Counted from the first letter of the stretch, positions 8,131-18,747 are shown. The stretch: DNA of 64,000 nucleotides from an uncultured virus (IMG/VR IMGVR_UViG_2617271287_000001) (IMGVR_UViG_2617271287_000001:1-64000), one strand, 5' to 3'. A program made the numbers and translations. The notes: generated by a model from the letters alone, not told the origin.

Positions 8131-10340
8131 GTAACGAAGCCTTGGACGAAGTGCTGAATCAGCTTCGGGATCATGGTATCGAGCCCTTCACCAAGCGGAG
8201 CCCGGGCTGGGTGTTCGGCAAGCTGGTGCGCTGCAAGGTCGAGGGCGACCGGAGCGGGGAGGCTACTGGCTGGTACGTACTGCACGAATACACCACTGCC
8301 AGCGGCAAGACCCTCTATTTCGGGCGCTTCGGCAACTGGCGGCAGGATCTCAACGAGAAATTCAAGCTCAAGGGTGTTCGCCTGACTGCCGAGGAGCGCG
8401 AGCTTATGCACGCCCGCCAGGAAGAGGCCAAGCGCAAGGCCGCGGCAAAGGCCGCCTACGCCGCGCAGCGTGCTGCGCAGGGCGCCGCGCGGCTGTGGGA
8501 ACGGCTATCGGAGAAGGGCAAGGCGCCGTATCTCGACCGCAAGCAAATCGTCGGTATCGGCGGTCGCTACGGTTACGGCGGGCGTTTCATGGTGCCCATG
8601 CGAACGCTCAAGGGGCTGGTGGGGCTGCAAATCATCTACCCTGAAAAGCAGCCCGATACCGGCCGGGACAAGGCGTATTGGCCCTACGGCATGCAGAAGG
8701 AAGGCGCGTTCTGCCTGATCGGTCCGCGCCCCGAACCCGGCGAGCCGGTGTTGATCGCTGAGGGCTACGCAACCGGCGTCAGCCTGCATATGGCGACGGG
8801 CTGCGCGGTGGCTATTGCCTTCGATGCCGGCAACCTGCTGCCGGTCGGCAAGGCGATGCAGACCGAGTACCCGTCGCGGCCGCTGATCTTCTGCGGCGAT
8901 GACGACTGGAAGACCACCCGCCAGGACGGATCGCCTTGGAATCCGGGCGCTCAGGCTGCGGAGAACGCCGCCACGATCCTGGGCGGCCAGTTCGTACTCC
9001 CTCGCTTCGGCAGCGAGCGGGATGAGGGCTGGACTGACTTCAACGACCTGCACTGTGCCGAGGGGCTGGAGGTTGTCCGCGCCCAGGTCATGGCGGTGGT
9101 CCGGCCGCCGGCGGAAGGGGGCTGGCGTGACTGCTTGCTGCGGATCAAGGGCGGCGGGTTGGCGGCGCACATGGTGAACATCAGTCTCATCTTGCAGAAC
9201 GATGAACGGTGGCAAGGCGTGCTCGGCTATGACGAGTTCAGCGCCAAGACCATGAAGCTGCGGACGCCACCCTATGGCGGTGGTACGGGGGAGTGGACAG
9301 ATCTGGACGACATGCTGGCGTGCGAGTGGCTGGCACAGCAGTACGGTCTGTTGACGAAGGTGCCGCCGGTGCTCGAAGCGGTGTCTGTGGTGGCCAGCAA
9401 GAACAGTTTTCACCCGGTGCGGGCGTACCTTGAGGGCCTGGAGTGGGACGGTACGCCGCGGATCGAGCATTGGCTGAACAGGGCCCTGGGCGTGGAGGAG
9501 ACCCCGTACTCGATGAAGGCCGGCAAGCGCTGGCTGATCGGCGCTGTTGCGCGTGTTATGCGCCCAGGCTGCAAGATGGATACGGTGCTGATCCTCGAAG
9601 GGTTGCAGGGTGAGGGCAAGTCGACTGCCATGTCGGTGCTGGGCGGCGAGTGGTTCATGGATACCCCGTTCGTGCTTGGTGACACAGAAACATTTCAGAT
9701 GTTACGCGGCAAATGGATCAGCGAACTGGGCGAGTTGGATGCCTTCAACAAGGCCGACAGCACCAAGGCGAAGCAGTTCTTCTCGGCATCGGTTGATACC
9801 TTCCGCGAGAAATATGGCCGCAGATCCCGCGATGTGCCGCGACAGTGTGTTTTCGTAGGTACTACAAACCAGGAGGAGTACCTGAAAGACACCACCGGTA
9901 ACCGTCGATACTGGCCGGTCCTCTGCACGAAGGTGGATCTGGACCTGCTGCGCGAGATCCGGGACCAGCTATGGGCAGAAGCGCTGTTCTGCTACCGCGC
10001 CGGAGATCAGTGGTGGGTCTCGCGTGAAGAGCGCGCGCTGTTCGAGGAGGAGCAGGACAAGCGCTACACCGTCGACGCCTGGGAGCACAAGTTGATCGGT
10101 TGGCTGGAGGGGTACGTCGGCGAGACCGTCACCAGTGCTGACCTGCTGGGGGACGCGCTCAACCTCGACTTCGGGCATTGGGGCAAACCGGAGCAGATGC
10201 GAGTTGGCCATATCATGCACCGGCTGGGCTGGCGGCGCAGACGCCTGCCCGCATCCGGTAAGTCACCGGTGCGGCCGTGGGGCTATGAGCGGCCGCCGTC
10301 GTGGAAGGGGCGGCCAACGCAGAAGGAGGCCGCATTTTGA
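8127..10340 (+). CDS. TOPRIM primase fused to VapE/VirE-type helicase
   Basis: IAEGYATG, CGDDD, TDFNDL; Walker A GLQGEGKST; GTTN..YL.D.TGNRR. Confidence 0.9.
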   Translation: MSNEALDEVLNQLRDHGIEPFTKRSPGWVFGKLVRCKVEGDRSGEATGWYVLHEYTTASGKTLYFGRFGNWRQDLNEKFKLKGVRLTAEERELMHARQEEAKRKAAAKAAYAAQRAAQGAARLWERLSEKGKAPYLDRKQIVGIGGRYGYGGRFMVPMRTLKGLVGLQIIYPEKQPDTGRDKAYWPYGMQKEGAFCLIGPRPEPGEPVLIAEGYATGVSLHMATGCAVAIAFDAGNLLPVGKAMQTEYPSRPLIFCGDDDWKTTRQDGSPWNPGAQAAENAATILGGQFVLPRFGSERDEGWTDFNDLHCAEGLEVVRAQVMAVVRPPAEGGWRDCLLRIKGGGLAAHMVNISLILQNDERWQGVLGYDEFSAKTMKLRTPPYGGGTGEWTDLDDMLACEWLAQQYGLLTKVPPVLEAVSVVASKNSFHPVRAYLEGLEWDGTPRIEHWLNRALGVEETPYSMKAGKRWLIGAVARVMRPGCKMDTVLILEGLQGEGKSTAMSVLGGEWFMDTPFVLGDTETFQMLRGKWISELGELDAFNKADSTKAKQFFSASVDTFREKYGRRSRDVPRQCVFVGTTNQEEYLKDTTGNRRYWPVLCTKVDLDLLREIRDQLWAEALFCYRAGDQWWVSREERALFEEEQDKRYTVDAWEHKLIGWLEGYVGETVTSADLLGDALNLDFGHWGKPEQMRVGHIMHRLGWRRRRLPASGKSPVRPWGYERPPSWKGRPTQKEAAF

Positions 10341-10708
10341 TCAAGCCAATTGACGAGATGCTACGGACCTGGGCCGCCGAGCTGCACCCACCGAACGGCG
10401 TAGGTTCAGCCGGCAACGCTAGCGGCGGGAGCAATGTGATTGCTATGCTGATGGCGACCAGGGGAAACCTGACTCGCTCCACAGCGGGGGCTCGCTGTCC
10501 TCTGGATCGCACGGCGGACATTGAGCTGATCGTGAACAAGCACCTTCCGCCGCCCATCGAGCGGGTGGTGCGGTTGCATTACACGGACTACGACATGTCG
10601 GACCCGATGAAATGGGAAGCGTGCGGGTGCGGTAGAACCCAGTATTACCAGCGCCTGCACCTGGCCCATGCGGCCATTGCTGAAATCCTGCTGCGGCGGG
10701 CGGCCTGA
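10337..10708 (+). CDS. Putative late regulator (PA0613/Q-like)
   Basis: TTG start after AGGAGG; C-terminal HTH-like CGRTQYYQRLHLAH; lies before the late promoter. Confidence 0.65.
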   Translation: MIKPIDEMLRTWAAELHPPNGVGSAGNASGGSNVIAMLMATRGNLTRSTAGARCPLDRTADIELIVNKHLPPPIERVVRLHYTDYDMSDPMKWEACGCGRTQYYQRLHLAHAAIAEILLRRAA

Positions 10709-10720
10709 CTTGGCCGTGCA

Positions 10721-10992
10721 CTGTCCCACCGTCCTACTCTGTCCCGCTTCGTTTTTCGAGGCGGGACAGCGCAAAGCCCCGTCGCCGCTGGGGCTGTCCC
10801 ACTGTCCCACCTTTCACACACCCGCCCGCACATAGGCGCGTATCGCGCGCGCACGCGCGTAGCGTGCGCTCTTATTATTCTTCTCTTATATGCGTAGAAA
10901 GTAGTAGGACAAGTGGGACAGTAGGACAACGCCATATAAAACAATGGGTTATCTGTCCCACCTGCTGACCCACCTACTGACCAGTAGGACAG
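10721..10992. repeat. Direct and inverted TGTCC(C/T)AC iterons around AT-rich patches; putative origin
   Basis: About 12 full or near copies in both orientations. Confidence 0.75.
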
Positions 10993-11175
10993 CGCCGGAG
11001 GCGCTTGATAACCGTAGATGGATATACGCCGGACGAGTCCGGGACGAGTTTGGGGCGACTCCGGGATAAGTTCGGGGTGGCAATAAAACTGGGTTGCTGC
11101 CACCGAACTGAAGGGGTAAAAAGTAGGCACTCTCGTAGAGGTGCGCCAGTGAGGCACACGCTCCACATCATCCGA

Positions 11176-11200
11176 ACCCGGCCATCGCGCCGGGTTTTTT
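11176..11200 (+). terminator. Intrinsic terminator in the late leader (tR'-like)
   Basis: ACCCGGC-catcgc-GCCGGGT followed by a T-run; candidate promoter TTGCTG-17-TAAAAA at about 11094-11122. Confidence 0.7.
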
Positions 11201-11282
11201 ATTGGCTCGATTTCGGCGCCTCTGGCCTCCCTGGCGGGGCGTCGGGTCCAGGGACGGGCCGCCTACTCAGACCGAGGTGAAC

Positions 11283-11633
11283 ATGGCGACAGAGAACGAC
11301 GTTCAGCAGACGCTGAGCGATATCCCGACCTGGCTGTTCGTGCTGGTGTCGATGGCAGGCCTGTCTGGGGAGTTGTGGCGCGCCGAGGCGGCAGGGCTGA
11401 CGGTCAGCGATCTGCTGAAACGTGTCCTGCTGCGCTCGGGGGCGTCGGTGGTGTTCGGCCTGGCCTCGGTGTTGCTCGCCACGGCGAGCGGTGCGGGGCT
11501 GCCGGTTGCCGCCGCGCTCGGTAGCGTGGTCGCGTGCCTCGGCGCCGACGTGGCATCTGGTTTTTACACACGTTGGCTTGAGCGGAAAGCGGGCGGTTCT
11601 GAGGTGCCGCCTCGTCGGGCTGACTCGGAGTGA
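11283..11633 (+). CDS. Holin (pyocin PA0614-like)
   Basis: Several TM segments; QQTL.D.P.W...GLSGELWRA. Confidence 0.85.
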   Translation: MATENDVQQTLSDIPTWLFVLVSMAGLSGELWRAEAAGLTVSDLLKRVLLRSGASVVFGLASVLLATASGAGLPVAAALGSVVACLGADVASGFYTRWLERKAGGSEVPPRRADSE

Positions 11634-12367
11634 GAGGGGCTATCACTGCGCGGGACTTGGACGACGCCGTTCGGTCCTTGCAGCAGCTCGGTGGCGACTT
11701 GCCTGCTGCTGTGTTGGCCGACGCCTTGAACCACACGGCGAACCAGGCGAATCAGGCGCTGGTCGGGGAGATCGACCAGGTCTTCGACCGGCCGACACCG
11801 TTCACCCGCAACGCCATCCGCATCCTGCATGCCACTTCGCGCCGCCTTGAGGCGGCCTTGTGGGTGAAGGACGAAAAGGACCATGCCTCGAAGGGGCAGG
11901 CGCCGGAGGACTGGGTGGCTCCCCAAGTCTTCGGGGGGCCGAGGGTGGACAAGGCGTCGGAGCGGAACCTCCGAGCCCGGGGCATTCTGCCTGCGGGCAT
12001 GTTCGTCGTTCCAGCGGAGGGCGCCCGGCTGGACCAGTACGGCAACATGAGCCGCGGCCAGATGATCCAGATCCTCTCCGGCCTGGGCGCCCTGGAATAC
12101 CGAGCGGGGTTCAAAGGAAACGCCACTCAGTCGGCGCGCTCCCTGGCGAAGGGACACCAACTGGCGTACTTCGTGATGCGCCGTGGCCGCCGGCCGATTG
12201 GCATCGCCGAACGCCGTGGACGGACGTTGACCATGGTCCTCGCCTTCGTCCGCCAGCCTCAGTACCGCGTGCGCTTCCAGTTTCACGAAGTCGTTCGGCG
12301 TATTGCCGAGGACGACGCGCGCATCGAGGCGAACATCGAGCGGACCCTGGCGAAAGCGTTGCGCTGA
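11630..12367 (+). CDS. Phage late protein, possibly tail completion
   Basis: ALNHTA...FDRPTPFT; basic; coupled to the holin. Confidence 0.7.
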   Translation: MRGAITARDLDDAVRSLQQLGGDLPAAVLADALNHTANQANQALVGEIDQVFDRPTPFTRNAIRILHATSRRLEAALWVKDEKDHASKGQAPEDWVAPQVFGGPRVDKASERNLRARGILPAGMFVVPAEGARLDQYGNMSRGQMIQILSGLGALEYRAGFKGNATQSARSLAKGHQLAYFVMRRGRRPIGIAERRGRTLTMVLAFVRQPQYRVRFQFHEVVRRIAEDDARIEANIERTLAKALR

Positions 12368-12622
12368 ACCGTTGGCAGGTGGCTTGGCCGGGCGGAGCGG
12401 GGTTAGTTCAACCCGAGCCGGCGGTGGCCGCCTGCAGACGGGGTGTCGCGAAAAGCGGGGCAGTGACGTGCTGCTCAAAAAGCACCGGGGGCCCCTGAAG
12501 CGCCGCCCCCGACAAGGGTGATTCGAACCCCGTTCTCGCGCTAGTGGCTGGGCCGGGAAGTTAGTTAACAGGGTTAACCGGGTTAACCCCCCTCGGTTCA
12601 TCGTGGTTAACAGGTACCGCAC

Positions 12623-13213
12623 ATGGAGTTCATGACCAAGGCAGCGTTCGCGGACCGCCAAGGCTGGTCGCGCGCCTACGTGTCGAAGCTGGTCCGGCAA
12701 GGACGCCTCGTCCTCACTGCCGACGGAAAGGTCGACGTCCAGGCGAGCGACGAACTGCTGGCCGCCAGCGCAGACCCGAGCAAGGCTGCCGTGGCCGAGC
12801 GGCACCGGCAGGAGCGGGTGGAGAAGGGCGTGTACGCCCACATAGGCGCAGGTGCAGCCCCGAGCCCGGCCTTACCGGCACCTGGGCAGACCGCACCGCT
12901 GCCCGACTACCAGAAAGCCCGCGCACGGCGAGAGTACGCCCTGGCTCTGCTGGCAGAAGACGAACACCGCAAGAGCCGTGGCGAGACGGTCGAGCGCGCG
13001 CGTGTCGACTCCGCCGCCTTCACCGCTGCGCGCGCTCTGCGCGATCTGCTGATGGGCGTGCCGCCGAAGATCGCCGGCGACCTGGTGACGCTGACCGACC
13101 CCTGGGAGATCGAACGCCGCCTGACCCAGGCGCTGCGCCGTGCCTTGGAAGATGCCGACCGCCTCCTGCAGCTCGATGCCGAGATCGAACAAGGGGGCAA
13201 GGAGCCGAACTGA
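12623..13213 (+). CDS. Terminase small subunit
   Basis: N-terminal wHTH, coiled coil, precedes terL. Confidence 0.85.
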   Translation: MEFMTKAAFADRQGWSRAYVSKLVRQGRLVLTADGKVDVQASDELLAASADPSKAAVAERHRQERVEKGVYAHIGAGAAPSPALPAPGQTAPLPDYQKARARREYALALLAEDEHRKSRGETVERARVDSAAFTAARALRDLLMGVPPKIAGDLVTLTDPWEIERRLTQALRRALEDADRLLQLDAEIEQGGKEPN

Positions 13214-13216
13214 ACC

Positions 13217-15232
13217 ATGGAACAACCGTATGCCGACGGTGCCGCCGTGTACCTGGCGGCATACCGTCGAGGACTGAAGCCCGACCCCGAACTGTGGATC
13301 GATGAGTGGGCGGACGAGTTCCAGATGATCCCGGCGGATACGGGGGCGGCCGAGCCGGGCAAGTACCACACCGACCGGACCCCCTATGCGCGCGAGCCGA
13401 TGCGTTGCCTGTCGCCGCTGTTCCCAGCCAAGCGCGTGGTGACCATGATCGCCTCGCAGCTGATGAAGACCCAGGTCGCCTTGAACTGGATCGGCGGCTG
13501 TATCCACATGGCACCGGCCAACATCCTGGTGCTGCTGCCCACCGAGAAGCTGAGCAAGCGGGTATCAGGACGGATCGACAAGACGATCAAGGCCGTGCCG
13601 GTGCTGACCGCGCGCGTTGCCAAGGCCCGCTCGCGCGACTCGCGAAACACGCTCGACACCAAGGAGTTCGAGGGTGGCGCGCTGTACTGCGCGTCAGCCG
13701 GCTCGGCCTCCAACCTGGCCGAGTTGTCCGCTCGGTACGTGTACGGCGACGAAATCGATCGCTGGGAAATGGACGTCGACGACGACGGCGACCCGGTCAA
13801 GCAGGCCGAGGCGCGCGGTTCGACGTTCGGCCGCCGCGCGAAGTTCTACTACTCCAGCTCGCCCACGCTGAAAGGCGTTTCGCGGATCGCCGACCTCTTC
13901 ACCCAGGGCGACCAGCGGCACTACTACGTCCCGTGTCCGCATTGCGGAACGATGCAGGTGCTGGAGTGGGAGGGCCTGAAGTACGACCCCGATTACCGCC
14001 TTGTGCAGTACATGTGCTGCAACGAGGAGTGCGGCGCCCTGATCGAGGAGCACCACAAGGCGGCCATGCTGTCCGCTGGCGAGTGGCGAGCCCATGCCGT
14101 CGGTGACGGCGAGACCGTCAGTTTCACGCTGAGCGCGCTGTATGCGCCTCCCGGCTGGTTGACCTGGACGGACCTGGCGAAGGAGTACGACGAGGCCAAG
14201 CGTCTACAGGAGAAGGGCGATCCCGGGTCCATGCAGGTGTTCTACAACACCCGCTTGGCCCGGCTGTGGGACAGCGCCGAGGAAATGACCAAGGCGGACG
14301 AGCTGCGCAAGCGAGCCGAGGCCGAGGGGCATCGGCTGGGTCTGGTACCCGCCGGAGCGCTGCTGCTGACCGCGGCGGTCGATACCCAGCACAACCGCTT
14401 GGAAATGCTGGTGATGGGCTGGGGCGAGGGCCTGGAGCGCTGGACGGTCGATTTCCAGGTGATCCCCGGCGACCCGACCGACGAGCGTACCTGGGCGCTG
14501 CTCGACGAGCGCCTGAAGGCTCGATATCGGCACGTCAGCGGTGTGGACCTGGCCATCTGCGCGGTCTGCATCGACTCGGGCGGTCACCATACCCATGAGG
14601 TCTACCAGTTCACCCGCCTGCGCCGCTGGCGAAACGTGCTGGCGGTGAAGGGTGCGAGCAAGCGCGGCCGCCCAGTGCTGGCCCAGCGGCCGTCCAAGGT
14701 CGACGTCACCTGGCAGGGCAACACCGAGAAGAGTGGCGCCGAACTATGGATGGTCGGTACCGACACGGCGAAGGACTGGGTCTACAACCGCTACCACCTC
14801 AAGGATGGCCCCGGGGCGTTGCACTTCTCCGCAGACCTGCCGCCTGACTTCTTCGACCAGTGCGTGGCCGAGCGCAAGGTGGTCCGCTACGTGAAGGGGT
14901 TCAAGCGCACCGACTGGGTCAAGGCCAAGTCGGAGCGAAACGAGGCCCTCGACCTCATCGTGTACAACCTGGCCGCGGCCCACTTCCTCGGCCTGCATCG
15001 CTATCACGCTCCGCAGTGGAGCAGCCTGCGCGCAGCGGTAGGTCAAGGCAGCCTGTTCGCCGACCCAGTCGCCACGGTGCCCAGCGCAGCCGACGAGGCG
15101 GACGAGCATGAGCCGCAGAACGAGGCGCCAAGCGCCCCAGTGCGGCCGGCACCTCCCACGCGGAGCGCGAACCCACCATCCCAACCAACTGGCCGGCGTA
15201 CCTCGCGCAGCGGGTATCTGAGCCGCCGATAG
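13217..15232 (+). CDS. Terminase large subunit, lambda GpA family
   Basis: ASQLMKT, YGDEIDR, SSPT, CPHCG, IDSGG, RNEALD. Confidence 0.95.
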   Translation: MEQPYADGAAVYLAAYRRGLKPDPELWIDEWADEFQMIPADTGAAEPGKYHTDRTPYAREPMRCLSPLFPAKRVVTMIASQLMKTQVALNWIGGCIHMAPANILVLLPTEKLSKRVSGRIDKTIKAVPVLTARVAKARSRDSRNTLDTKEFEGGALYCASAGSASNLAELSARYVYGDEIDRWEMDVDDDGDPVKQAEARGSTFGRRAKFYYSSSPTLKGVSRIADLFTQGDQRHYYVPCPHCGTMQVLEWEGLKYDPDYRLVQYMCCNEECGALIEEHHKAAMLSAGEWRAHAVGDGETVSFTLSALYAPPGWLTWTDLAKEYDEAKRLQEKGDPGSMQVFYNTRLARLWDSAEEMTKADELRKRAEAEGHRLGLVPAGALLLTAAVDTQHNRLEMLVMGWGEGLERWTVDFQVIPGDPTDERTWALLDERLKARYRHVSGVDLAICAVCIDSGGHHTHEVYQFTRLRRWRNVLAVKGASKRGRPVLAQRPSKVDVTWQGNTEKSGAELWMVGTDTAKDWVYNRYHLKDGPGALHFSADLPPDFFDQCVAERKVVRYVKGFKRTDWVKAKSERNEALDLIVYNLAAAHFLGLHRYHAPQWSSLRAAVGQGSLFADPVATVPSAADEADEHEPQNEAPSAPVRPAPPTRSANPPSQPTGRRTSRSGYLSRR

Positions 15233-15243
15233 ACGAGGTCAGC

Positions 15244-15468
15244 ATGAGCACAGCGCAGCAGCGCCTGGACGAGGTCCGGGTGGCGATTCAGGACATCCTG
15301 AAAAAAGGGCAGTCGGTGCGCAAGGGAGACCGCCAGGTCGACCGCGCGCAACTGGCGAGTCTGCGCGTTCTGGAGCAGCAGTACGCCGAAGCCGCAGCCC
15401 TGGAGGCGGCTACGAACAACCGACGCTCGCGCCAGGTTCGCCTCTACAGCGGAGGCAAGGGGATCTGA
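15244..15468 (+). CDS. Head-tail joining protein (gpW-like)
   Basis: Small basic ORF between terL and portal. Confidence 0.75.
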   Translation: MSTAQQRLDEVRVAIQDILKKGQSVRKGDRQVDRAQLASLRVLEQQYAEAAALEAATNNRRSRQVRLYSGGKGI

Positions 15469-16934
15469 TGGCTACCCGATACCGAATCACGTCGAAGCGC
15501 ATTCGCAACAGCTACGAGGGCGCTGGCACCGGACGCCGCGCCGCTGGATGGGACGCGCCCGAGGCGGCGCTGAATGCGGTAGCCATTCCGGCATTGCCGA
15601 CCCTGCGCAAGCGCTCGCGAGCGGCGGTGAGGAATGACCCCTACGCCGCGAGCGCGATCAGCAAGCGCGTCAGCAACCTGATCGGCACCGGCATTACGCC
15701 GCGCGCACGTCTGGACGACGCGGCGTTGCGCGAGGCGTTGAACCTGCTGTGGGAGGACTGGGTAGACGAGTCGGACGCGGATGACCGTACCGATTTCTAC
15801 GGCCTGCAGATGATCATCGCGCGGATGGTCGAGGAAGCGGGCGAGTGCTTCGTGAGGCGCCGCAACCGACGGCCGGAGGACGGCCTGGCGGTACCTCTGC
15901 AACTGCAGGTGCTCCCGCCTGACTTCGTCCCGGTGGATCGCAATTTCAAGACCCGCAGTGGCAACGTGGTGCGCGCGGGAATCGAGTTCGACGCCATCGG
16001 CCGCCGGGTTGCCTACTGGATGTGGCAGAGCCATCCCGGCGATCCGGCGGCGCCCCGGCGCGGCTACAACCAGCTCAACCGCATCCCGGCGGACCAGGTG
16101 CTGCATATCTTCGAACCGCTGGAGGGTGGCCAGCTGCGCGGTGTGCCGCGCTTGTCACCGGTTCTCCTGCGGCTGAAGTCGCTGGACAACTACGACGACG
16201 CGGTGCTGTTCAGGCAGGAGGTTTCCAACCTGTTCGCCGGCTTCATCACCAGGCCTCGACAGGACGGGGCGCCGATCTTCGATCCGTCGACCGGGCTGGA
16301 ACTTGCGCAGGATCGCGACGGGACACCGATGGTCGGCCTGGAGCCGGGGACCATGCAGGAACTGCTGGAAGGGGAGGAGGTGGTTTTCTCCGACCCGCCG
16401 GACGCCGGTAACACCTACGTCGACTTCATGCGACAGCAACTGATGGCAGCGGCGGTCGGTGTCGACCTGCCGTATGAGCTGCTCACCGGCGACATGGGCG
16501 ATATCAGCGACCGCACCTTGCGGGTGCTGCTCAACGAGTTTCGGCGCCGGATCGAACAGGTTCAATTCAGCGTGTACGTCTACCAGCTCTGCCGCCCGGT
16601 GCGCGCGTGGTGGCTGGATACCGCGTACCTCAGCGGAGCAGTCGACCTGCCGGACTATCCGGCGCGGCGACGTGAGTTCCTGCGCACGCGTTGGATCCCG
16701 CAGGGCTGGGCCTACATCCATCCGGTGCAGGACGTCCAGGGCAAGCTGCTGGAGATCGGCGGAGGCCTCGCCAGCCGGAGCGAGCATGCGCTACGCACCG
16801 GATACGACGCCGAGGTGATCGACCGGGAGAACGCCCAGGACAACGCCCGGGCTGAAAGCCTGAACTTGCACTACACCACCGACACCGGGCAACCGGTGAG
16901 AGACCAAGGGGACTCCCATGAAGAAACGCAATGA
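15468..16934 (+). CDS. Portal protein, lambda family
   Basis: GQLRGVP, YELLTGD, GWAYIHPVQD. Confidence 0.95.
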   Translation: MATRYRITSKRIRNSYEGAGTGRRAAGWDAPEAALNAVAIPALPTLRKRSRAAVRNDPYAASAISKRVSNLIGTGITPRARLDDAALREALNLLWEDWVDESDADDRTDFYGLQMIIARMVEEAGECFVRRRNRRPEDGLAVPLQLQVLPPDFVPVDRNFKTRSGNVVRAGIEFDAIGRRVAYWMWQSHPGDPAAPRRGYNQLNRIPADQVLHIFEPLEGGQLRGVPRLSPVLLRLKSLDNYDDAVLFRQEVSNLFAGFITRPRQDGAPIFDPSTGLELAQDRDGTPMVGLEPGTMQELLEGEEVVFSDPPDAGNTYVDFMRQQLMAAAVGVDLPYELLTGDMGDISDRTLRVLLNEFRRRIEQVQFSVYVYQLCRPVRAWWLDTAYLSGAVDLPDYPARRREFLRTRWIPQGWAYIHPVQDVQGKLLEIGGGLASRSEHALRTGYDAEVIDRENAQDNARAESLNLHYTTDTGQPVRDQGDSHEETQ

Positions 16935-18090
16935 ACAGCCCCTGGCGCTGGCCGCCCTGTGGGCGCTGCTGGGCGTTGGCACGCTCGCCGATCCGCGCAT
17001 CCAGAACAAGGCGCAGGGCGCGCCGGATCTGCAGGCCGAGCACTGGTACAGCGTCAAGGCGCTGAGCGCTGAGGGTACCGGCTCGGTCGCCTCCATCGAG
17101 ATCTATATCTACGGCGAAATCGGCTTTTGGGGCATCACCTCCGCGGATTTCATCCGCGACCTGAAAGCAGTCGACGACGGCACCTCTCCGGTACTGGTTC
17201 ACTTCGACACCATCGGCGGCGACCTCTTCGACGGCATCGCCATCCACAACGCGCTCCGGGCCCTGGGCGAACGCTGCACCGCCCGGATCGACGGGGCCTG
17301 CTTCAGCGCGGGCAGTGTCGCGGCCTGCGGCGCGCACCGGGTCGAAATGGCCGACAACGCGCTGTTCATGATCCACAACCCCTGGACCTTCGCGGCAGGC
17401 GACAGCGAAGACCTGCGCAAGGTCGCCGACATGATGGACCAGGCGTTCGAGGGCATCGTGGCGAGCTACCAGCATCGGCCGCTGAATGTCGACGACGCCG
17501 AACTGCGCCGGATGATCGACGACGAAACCTGGCTCACCGCGCCCGAGGCGAAGGACAAGGGGTTCGTGGACGAGGTGCTCGGCGCGGCCGAGCCGATCGG
17601 CGTGAACGCACGCCTGGGCAAGGTGCTGAATCGCTATCGCAACACGCCCGACGCGGCGCGCCGGCTGCTGGCCAGTCGGGAGCCGGTGGGCGACCCCGCA
17701 CTGACGTCGGCCGAACTGGCTGCGGAGCTGACGGCGGACTGCGCCCAGGCCGGTCTGGCCGACTGCGCGGCGTACCTGATCAAGGCCTCGGGCCTGAAAG
17801 ATCGCGAAACGGTGCGCGCGGCCTTGGACAGGGCGAAGGCCGTCCGGTCGGTGTGCCTCGTCGCGAAAATGCCCGATGAGGCCAAGGCGCTCATCGAGGA
17901 GGGCCTGGATGCCGACGGCGCCCGTCTGCGGCTGTACGACAAGATCGTAGCGCGCAGCACCCAGGTGGAGATCGACAACCGCGTGCCGACGGACGATCAG
18001 CCGCAGAACACGGCTTACCAACCCCCGGCGCCGAGCGACGTGTACGCGAAGCGCCGGCTCAATGCCTCGAAAGGAGGAAAGCAAGCATGA
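16918..18090 (+). CDS. ClpP-type prohead protease/scaffold
   Basis: IYIYGEIG, GGDLFDG.AI.N, MIHNPW, ETWLTA.EA. Confidence 0.92.
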   Translation: MKKRNEQPLALAALWALLGVGTLADPRIQNKAQGAPDLQAEHWYSVKALSAEGTGSVASIEIYIYGEIGFWGITSADFIRDLKAVDDGTSPVLVHFDTIGGDLFDGIAIHNALRALGERCTARIDGACFSAGSVAACGAHRVEMADNALFMIHNPWTFAAGDSEDLRKVADMMDQAFEGIVASYQHRPLNVDDAELRRMIDDETWLTAPEAKDKGFVDEVLGAAEPIGVNARLGKVLNRYRNTPDAARRLLASREPVGDPALTSAELAAELTADCAQAGLADCAAYLIKASGLKDRETVRAALDRAKAVRSVCLVAKMPDEAKALIEEGLDADGARLRLYDKIVARSTQVEIDNRVPTDDQPQNTAYQPPAPSDVYAKRRLNASKGGKQA

Positions 18091-18722
18091 CCATCAAGAC
18101 CGAAGGCGTTCACGCCGGAGAGTTCCTCCTGTCGGAGGCCAACGGCTCGCGCAGCCGCGAAAACATCGTCATCACCGCCGGCTCCGGCCGGCTGGTGGCG
18201 GGTACCTTGATCGCCCCCATCACCGCCGCCAATGCGCTGACCGCGACCGCGGCGGCAGGGAACACCGGCGACGGCACTGTCGGTGCCTCCGTGGTGACCA
18301 GCGCCGCCATCAGCGGAACCTACGTGCTGGAAATCACCGAGGCCGGAGCCAATGGCGGCAAGTTCGAGGTGGTCGACCCGCAGGGACGCCAGGTGGGCAC
18401 TGGTCAAGTCGGCCAGGCGTTCACCGGCGGCGGAGTCGGCTTCACCCTTTCCGACGGGGCCACCGACTTCGTAGTGGGTGATCGCTTCAACCTGCAGGTG
18501 CTGGCAGGGCTCGGCGAGTGGACGCCCTACGACGACGACGGTGCCGATGACGGCCGTCGCGCGGCTGGCGGCATTCTGTTCGGTCCAGTGGACGCCACGG
18601 ATGCCGACGTCAAGGCGGTGGCCGTGGTCCGTGATGCCGAAGTGATCGCCAGCCTGCTGACCGGCCTGGATGCCGCCGGTGAGGCCGACCTCAAGGCGCT
18701 GGGCCTCATCCTTCGCACCTGA
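18087..18722 (+). CDS. Head decoration protein with inserted domain
   Basis: EFLLSEANG.RSRE start; position before the capsid gene. Confidence 0.8.
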   Translation: MTIKTEGVHAGEFLLSEANGSRSRENIVITAGSGRLVAGTLIAPITAANALTATAAAGNTGDGTVGASVVTSAAISGTYVLEITEAGANGGKFEVVDPQGRQVGTGQVGQAFTGGGVGFTLSDGATDFVVGDRFNLQVLAGLGEWTPYDDDGADDGRRAAGGILFGPVDATDADVKAVAVVRDAEVIASLLTGLDAAGEADLKALGLILRT

Positions 18723-18747
18723 CCTCCTCCGTCCCTCAACCACCTCA

